Shown here in pieces: positions 58,801 to 64,000 of a stretch of 64,000 bases of DNA. Numbering within the stretch: the first letter of the stretch is position 1; every line of letters starts with the position of its first letter. This DNA is from Botryllus schlosseri. Taxonomy: Eukaryota. The notes under the pieces were generated by a model. The model ran no database searches. It worked only from the letters and a program-made list of their open reading frames with translations, and was not told the DNA's origin. A program made the translations under genes and the position numbers. The stretch spans positions 3,782,001-3,846,000 of the forward strand of contig CM119386.1 of NCBI GenBank assembly GCA_051294905.1. The letters run 5' to 3'.

Positions 58801-61800
58801 AACGGATGTAGCGAAAACTATATAAATGACTCGTTAACAAACGTAGCGCGAAGAATCACACTCAGGCCTACTTGTCAGTGAACTATTTTCGCGAACAACC
58901 TATCGATCGCAACATCATGCTAGTGTAGCATGGTCATATATCATTCTGCTATCAAAGTTACATCTATTTTGAATTTTTTGATATTTCCCCACTCTGTTAA
59001 TCTGTGTGATGAAGCACTCGGTTTGATTGGCCGGGAAGTTCTCGTCAGCTGTGAATAGCCTTGTTGGATTTGCATACTGTTTGATTTTCAAAGCGCGAAG
59101 CACGTGCTCCCCTGCATGACCTCGCTAATAGATAGTGCATAAACCGAGTTTCGTCTATGCTATTTTAAATGATATTTTTGAAATGGATTGGACGTTGGCC
59201 ACGGTCTGGTGGAAATGGTAGAAAAATTGCGCCATTTATCAAATGGTCCGACAGATAGGAATAATGCCACGACAAGGCGATAATTCATAGTACCCTAATA
59301 AGTCAAGGAATGACCGTGATCTAAGTCAAAGCTACAAATGATTTCCTGCTAAAATACGGTGTAGGGTTTGCTTTGAGGTTGTGAAGAGTTGAAAAAAATG
59401 GTCTTGCTCCGAGTAATCTCGGATGGAGAGACCCGTAGTATTATCTGGGTGTGTCTTTGAATATTCTTCGTTGTACACTGCACAATGTGCACATATTTCT
59501 AAAAGAATACGATGTAGCCTGCCAATAACCATTGTATCTGCCTAATTTATCTTCATATCATTTATGAGGTAGGTTTTTGTTTATTTTCCTTGCATGTTGA
59601 TATTTCTCGTGGGTGTTGGTAGACTTGACGACCATACCATAGCAGTATCGCAACACCGAAATCCTGTCCATGTCAGGTTTACACAGCGCAGCGAATTCAT
59701 CATGTCTATATATCTGTCGATATGCACCCGTTTTGTCACATCATATTGATATGTGAAAAATTTTGCCGATTGCGATACTTCTCATAATCATGATATTGAC
59801 GACAATTATGGGCTGCACTGGCATCAATGTGTTGCAAACGGAAGTAACGATTTGTGCATTTGCTGATCATGGCTTCCCTCTGAATCACCAATACTTGATC
59901 CTAATATGGGCCCAGTGGCATACGCGCTTGCAATGAGAGAATGTCAGCTGGAAATATCGCTCACTGCAATGATGGCGTCATAGTGTCTTGCATTAATTGG
60001 TGACCGATTGAACTTGTGTTTAAATGTCTATTGAGGTGTATTGGATTTGCCATCCGTTCTTCATTATCAACCCGATATAATTGCTCACGTTTTATGACCT
60101 TGACAACCGTGTCATGAAATTGATAATGAATGGAAACCTCGTGTAAAATGAATCATTGCACGACTGCACGTACATTTGATAAGGGCTGAAACTGATTTGA
60201 TCTCGTTAAATGGAAGTGGATATACACGTTGTACATATACGGTAATATACGAGTTGTTGCATGTGAATTACCCATCATGCCTCAAGTAATAGTCATTCAG
60301 TACCATTCAGGGTTTCCATATTTACTTTAGAAGTTCCTACTAGTATTCTGTCTCGTCTTTAGGTGTTACTGATGTGGTTGCACCACGCTGTCAACGCGAT
60401 GTTGTTTTATGATTCCTGTTATTGCTAGCGCTTTGTTCAGTTTATGACTATTGATCTCCATTGGCAAAAGTTTACTGCATGCTTTTCTTGGCAATAGGAG
60501 CGTATTGCTATGTTTTGGTCTTTACTTTGCCTTCGGGTGGATAGTAATGCAGGTTTGAATTCAAACTGAACTGTAGCCTACTGTATCGTTGAATATTCTA
60601 GGAAAATTGCTTTCTGACGTAACTGATCATATTCTTGAATGCATAATGTCATATTTTGTGATACGATTGTTGATATACAATGTTCTTTCCAATTCTCTAC
60701 TAGTTGCTGACGATTACCCCTGACGAGTGTCAGCCGAAAATATTCGGGTTCATTTCAATATGAATATACTATTCAATTGTATATTGAAGTTCTGTACCTC
60801 CAAGAAGCTCTTCAAATGTGAAAATTGTGTGATATTTGTTATAAATTAGAGTTTAATGATATTTAGTTATTTCAGTCAACACCTTTATGTCTGTGATACT
60901 GGCACTGGAACAGGAAACAAACATTTTCAATTTTTTATTGCTGTATTCGCTTCGCATCCTGTCTGCAACATGTTGATGTCAAAATCGACTTATGTGGTAT
61001 ATAAAAATGCATAGGGCAGTGCGGGTAATAGATTGCAGACTGAGATCGAATCTCCAACTTAAACCAGGCTCTGGTTACACCCCAACATCTTGAACAACAA
61101 GCAGTACATTGAAGAAATGTGATATCTGCCACTGCGGGTCAAAATCTGGTATAGAAAAAAGTCTCACATTAGACTTCAACCCCATCCTTATGCAGACTCG
61201 TTGTAAATCACCGGAAAATATATGCATAAGAGGAGTGGATTCTCGTGTATCAAGTACGCTATGCTGCATTATTTGTTTGAAAATTTGTTTTTATTTGCAT
61301 TGCTTCACCGAAGACCCCGAATGTCAAACTTGTATTTTTTCGCTAAACTGTGTTACTGTTTTAAAGGAATCTGACGAGGAATTGGCCCAACAGAAAAGAA
61401 AGTTCCACGAGTCATCGCTCGACTACATCTACAAGCTCCAGGAAGTGCAGGAACGGAAGAAGTTTGAGTTTGTAGAGCATCTTCTGATGTTTATGCAGGT
61501 GAGATGTCTTGCGCATTGTGTTTTGTTACAATTCAAGTTGCTGGCAGCTTATGGCCGGAAGTGTTATGAGCTCTTGCCCAATGACTATTCGGTGGCAAGT
61601 CGGTGAGACTTAGAAATGTTACTGGAAGATGTGATATGTGAATGGCGTGCCTCGCATCTGGTTTAAATTACAAATTCTGCCTGTGTTTTGTTGTTCCAGA
61701 TGAGTTTAAATGCTTGACAATGATATTAAAGCTTACTATTGTAGACCCAGATTGCTTTTCAAGAATTGTCAATTAGGACTGTGACGATTTTTCTATTGTT

Positions 61801-63329
61801 TCGCTATTAAACAATTCCAAATTTGTGTCGTACTGTCTCATGTAATTGGTATTAGCTAATGGCCCGCTGTTTCATTTGCAGAACGTGTTATGCTCTGGTA
61901 GTGTGTAAGTGTGTATCGTTTTCCTGACGCCATTAGTAACTGACACATTGGCAGAATTTGAGAAGCCGAAAATACGCAGATGACTTTGAAAACTATTCTG
62001 TCATATGACGCTGGCCTAAACACGAAACAGTGTGGGTAGCATTTTAAAAAGTTGCAAGTTTGTTACTAGCCACCAATATGTTGACAGCCCAATAGCAGAG
62101 ATGTCCACGTCCATGAATTTTGATTTGAAGATTTTGACGGAACTTAGATCGGATTTAGATATACGACTATTTTGATTTTCAGGTTTGTCCATCTCCGGGG
62201 TTGTAATGACTCGAGTCACGATTTCCTGATGACTCGACTTGACTCGAGTCATTTTCTCAAAATACTGAAATAACTCGACTCGAGTCAATCTGTGTCTTTA
62301 CTCGATTTGGTTTTGAATCATTGCGCATGACTGGAACCAAGTCATATGACTTGAGACTCAGACGGCCAAGCCCACATTTCATTGTAATTTCGATGAATAG
62401 TAAAGTAACCACCCTATTGGCATTCCGTCTATTGGTACTTATACTTGAAAATGTGACCAGAGAATGCTAAAAGTGAGGAAAATTAAATGCGAACCATTCG
62501 ATATAACCAAACAGAGTTAAAAAAAGTGGGTTTAACAAGACTTTAACTGGAAACTGAGCAGTCAACACAATGAATCGGACTCGGACTCGAGTCATAATAC
62601 CATGACTCGGACTTGACTCTCTGCTCGATGAGTTGGACTCGGACTTGACTCAGTGGTGAATTGAAAATGACTCGACTTGACTCGAGTGCAAACTATAAAA
62701 GTGAATTTGACTTGAGACTCGGAGCCTTGTGACTTGGTTACAACCCTGCCCATACTCGGGAAGCTAATTGATAAACATAGGGCAGCTGCATCTTTGGCCT
62801 AGCCGGCCTACTTTGGAAGCTGTTAACTAGAAAAAATCAGTACTGGTACCTTTGAGACCCATGTGTTGAAACCACAAGTGTCAGCCATTACAGGTTTTCA
62901 ACTTGGATTTCGACATGATAGAAAGTAAATTCTCAATTTGAACTTGGAATTGGATATGCATCCCAAATACCGAGCAGAATATGAAATTTCGAATTTCAAT
63001 ATCTCATGAACGAAAAATTTTCAGGTGTATTTCAACTTCTTCCATCAGACCCACGAGACCGCCAACGACTGTAAGGATTACATGACCTCCATTCAGGTAA
63101 GCGACCTTCGCCAATTTGCCAGGTAAGCGACCCTCGCCAATTTGCCTGGTAACGTGTTCCAGATGAGTCTCGTCAACACGAGGTCCCAGTACGACGGCAC
63201 GCGGGAGAAAACGAAAATGCTGATGCAGAAAATGATGGAGAATCCTTCGGCGGACACGAATTTGGCAGGACAGAGATGGGCACGGGCCGGGTATCTTTAC
63301 CTACTAGAGAAGAACGCTTTAGGATCGAG
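55878..63329 (+). CDS. Graf: GRAF/oligophrenin-family BAR-PH-RhoGAP (co-orthologue of ARHGAP26/ARHGAP10/ARHGAP42/OPHN1); 5' partial, continues beyond the window
   Basis: Phase-consistent exons 55878-56000, 57023-57149, 58033-58135, 58281-58410, 61367-61498, 63025-63096 and 63163-63329 give [33 protein letters not shown]...[12 protein letters not shown]...SLKEFGTLL...PLERFRKDHI...[22 protein letters not shown]...[10 protein letters not shown]...GYLYLLEK. This is the GRAF BAR domain and the start of the PH domain. I found no further exon before 64000. Confidence 0.92.
60648..60815 (+). mobile_element. Fold-back repeat family copy (single arm and tail)
   Basis: Consensus-like arm plus tail TTGAAGTTCTGTACCTCCAAGAAGCTCTTCAA. 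Confidence 0.8.
62196..62748 (+). mobile_element. hAT-type MITE, CAGGGTTGTAA family
   Basis: Ends CGGGGTTGTAA / TTACAACCCTG; flanks TCCATCTC / CCCATACTC resemble a decayed TSD. Confidence 0.8.
63094..63145 (+). repeat. 26-bp tandem duplication spanning a 5' splice site
   Basis: CAGGTAAGCGACCTTCGCCAATTTGC followed by CAGGTAAGCGACCCTCGCCAATTTGC, then a decayed CTGGTAAC. Confidence 0.9.
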
Positions 63330-63521
63330 GTAAGACGCCGAATCGGAGACGTTGCATTTTGATTTGAGATCAATCGTTGCAATGAGATGTGATAGAAATA
63401 TGTAGGGAATTGTCGCATTTGAAGATTTCCAATAATTCTCAACTAGGGTAGCGCAAAGATCAGAAGGCTATCGTTATGGATTGGTTTCATTACTTTAATG
63501 CTGGATTCATATAACACTCCT

Positions 63522-63675
63522 GAATAGTATATTCATATTGAAATGAACCCGAATATGCTTGGCTGATACTCGTCAGGGGTAATCGTCGGCAACTAGTAGA
63601 GAATTGGAAAAATATGAATATCCTATTCAGTATTCAATTGCACATTGAAGCTCTGTACCTCCAAGAAGCTCTTCA
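63522..63675 (+). mobile_element. Fold-back repeat family copy (internally deleted)
   Basis: Left arm, outer tip of the right arm, and tail TTGAAGCTCTGTACCTCCAAGAAGCTCTTCA. Confidence 0.75.
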
Positions 63676-64000
63676 GTCTTCATGTAACACTCCGCACAAT
63701 GCTCGAATGCACGTTTAACAGGTCACACCAAAATTGATGGCCAAACTTGCAAATTTCTACGGCTAAATCGACATGAATATGGCCGAATTCGAACCTGCAA
63801 GTGACGTTATTAAGGAAATTGTGATTTCTTATTCATATTGCTTGTTTAAACATAGGCATATGTAGAAGTAGTGTGAATCTATTGATATCATGGAAACGTG
63901 AATTACCACTAGCGCACTAATGCTGTGCACTCGTTTCAGTGAGTCAAGACTGCGTTTAAAGTCAATTCGGTTATAATCTGTGTATTATATCGCCACAAGA

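Noticed and set aside
20674-63675. Recurrent ~60-bp conserved core as a CRISPR array or structured ncRNA family
   Set aside because: The copies are dispersed rather than regularly spaced, vary by truncation and deletion, and sit in eukaryotic introns; this is transposon behaviour.

Overview
Eukaryotic, metazoan-type (probably invertebrate) genomic DNA with short GT-AG introns and many transposon remnants. It is not prokaryotic, so most short entries in the ORF track are spurious or single exons. I reconstructed four protein-coding genes by eye. (1) An SFT2D1/2-like vesicle-transport gene (+, 5 coding exons, 166 aa). (2) GAPVD1/Gapex-5/RME-6 (-, 30 coding exons, 1654 aa, RasGAP-like and VPS9 domains). 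(3) A PKMYT1 (Myt1) kinase (+, 561 aa) with an intron-free CDS. (4) The 5' part of a GRAF/oligophrenin BAR-PH-RhoGAP gene (+, 7 exons, runs off the window). Introns and intergenic DNA hold several hAT MITE families (five with perfect 8-bp TSDs), piggyBac, Tc1/mariner and CACTA non-autonomous elements, CR1/L2-type LINE fragments, a tRNA-derived SINE, and a 7-copy fold-back element with a one-sided terminal hairpin. I see no convincing new multi-gene system. The most interesting leads are the intronless PKMYT1, a hAT remnant whose transposase resembles a family I recall mainly from non-animal eukaryotes, the Helentron-like fold-back repeat, CpG depletion at the 5' ends of gene bodies, a spliced uORF in the GAPVD1 leader, and a duplicated splice donor in Graf. 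Homology statements come from remembered sequences, not searches. Repeat boundaries without TSDs are approximate.
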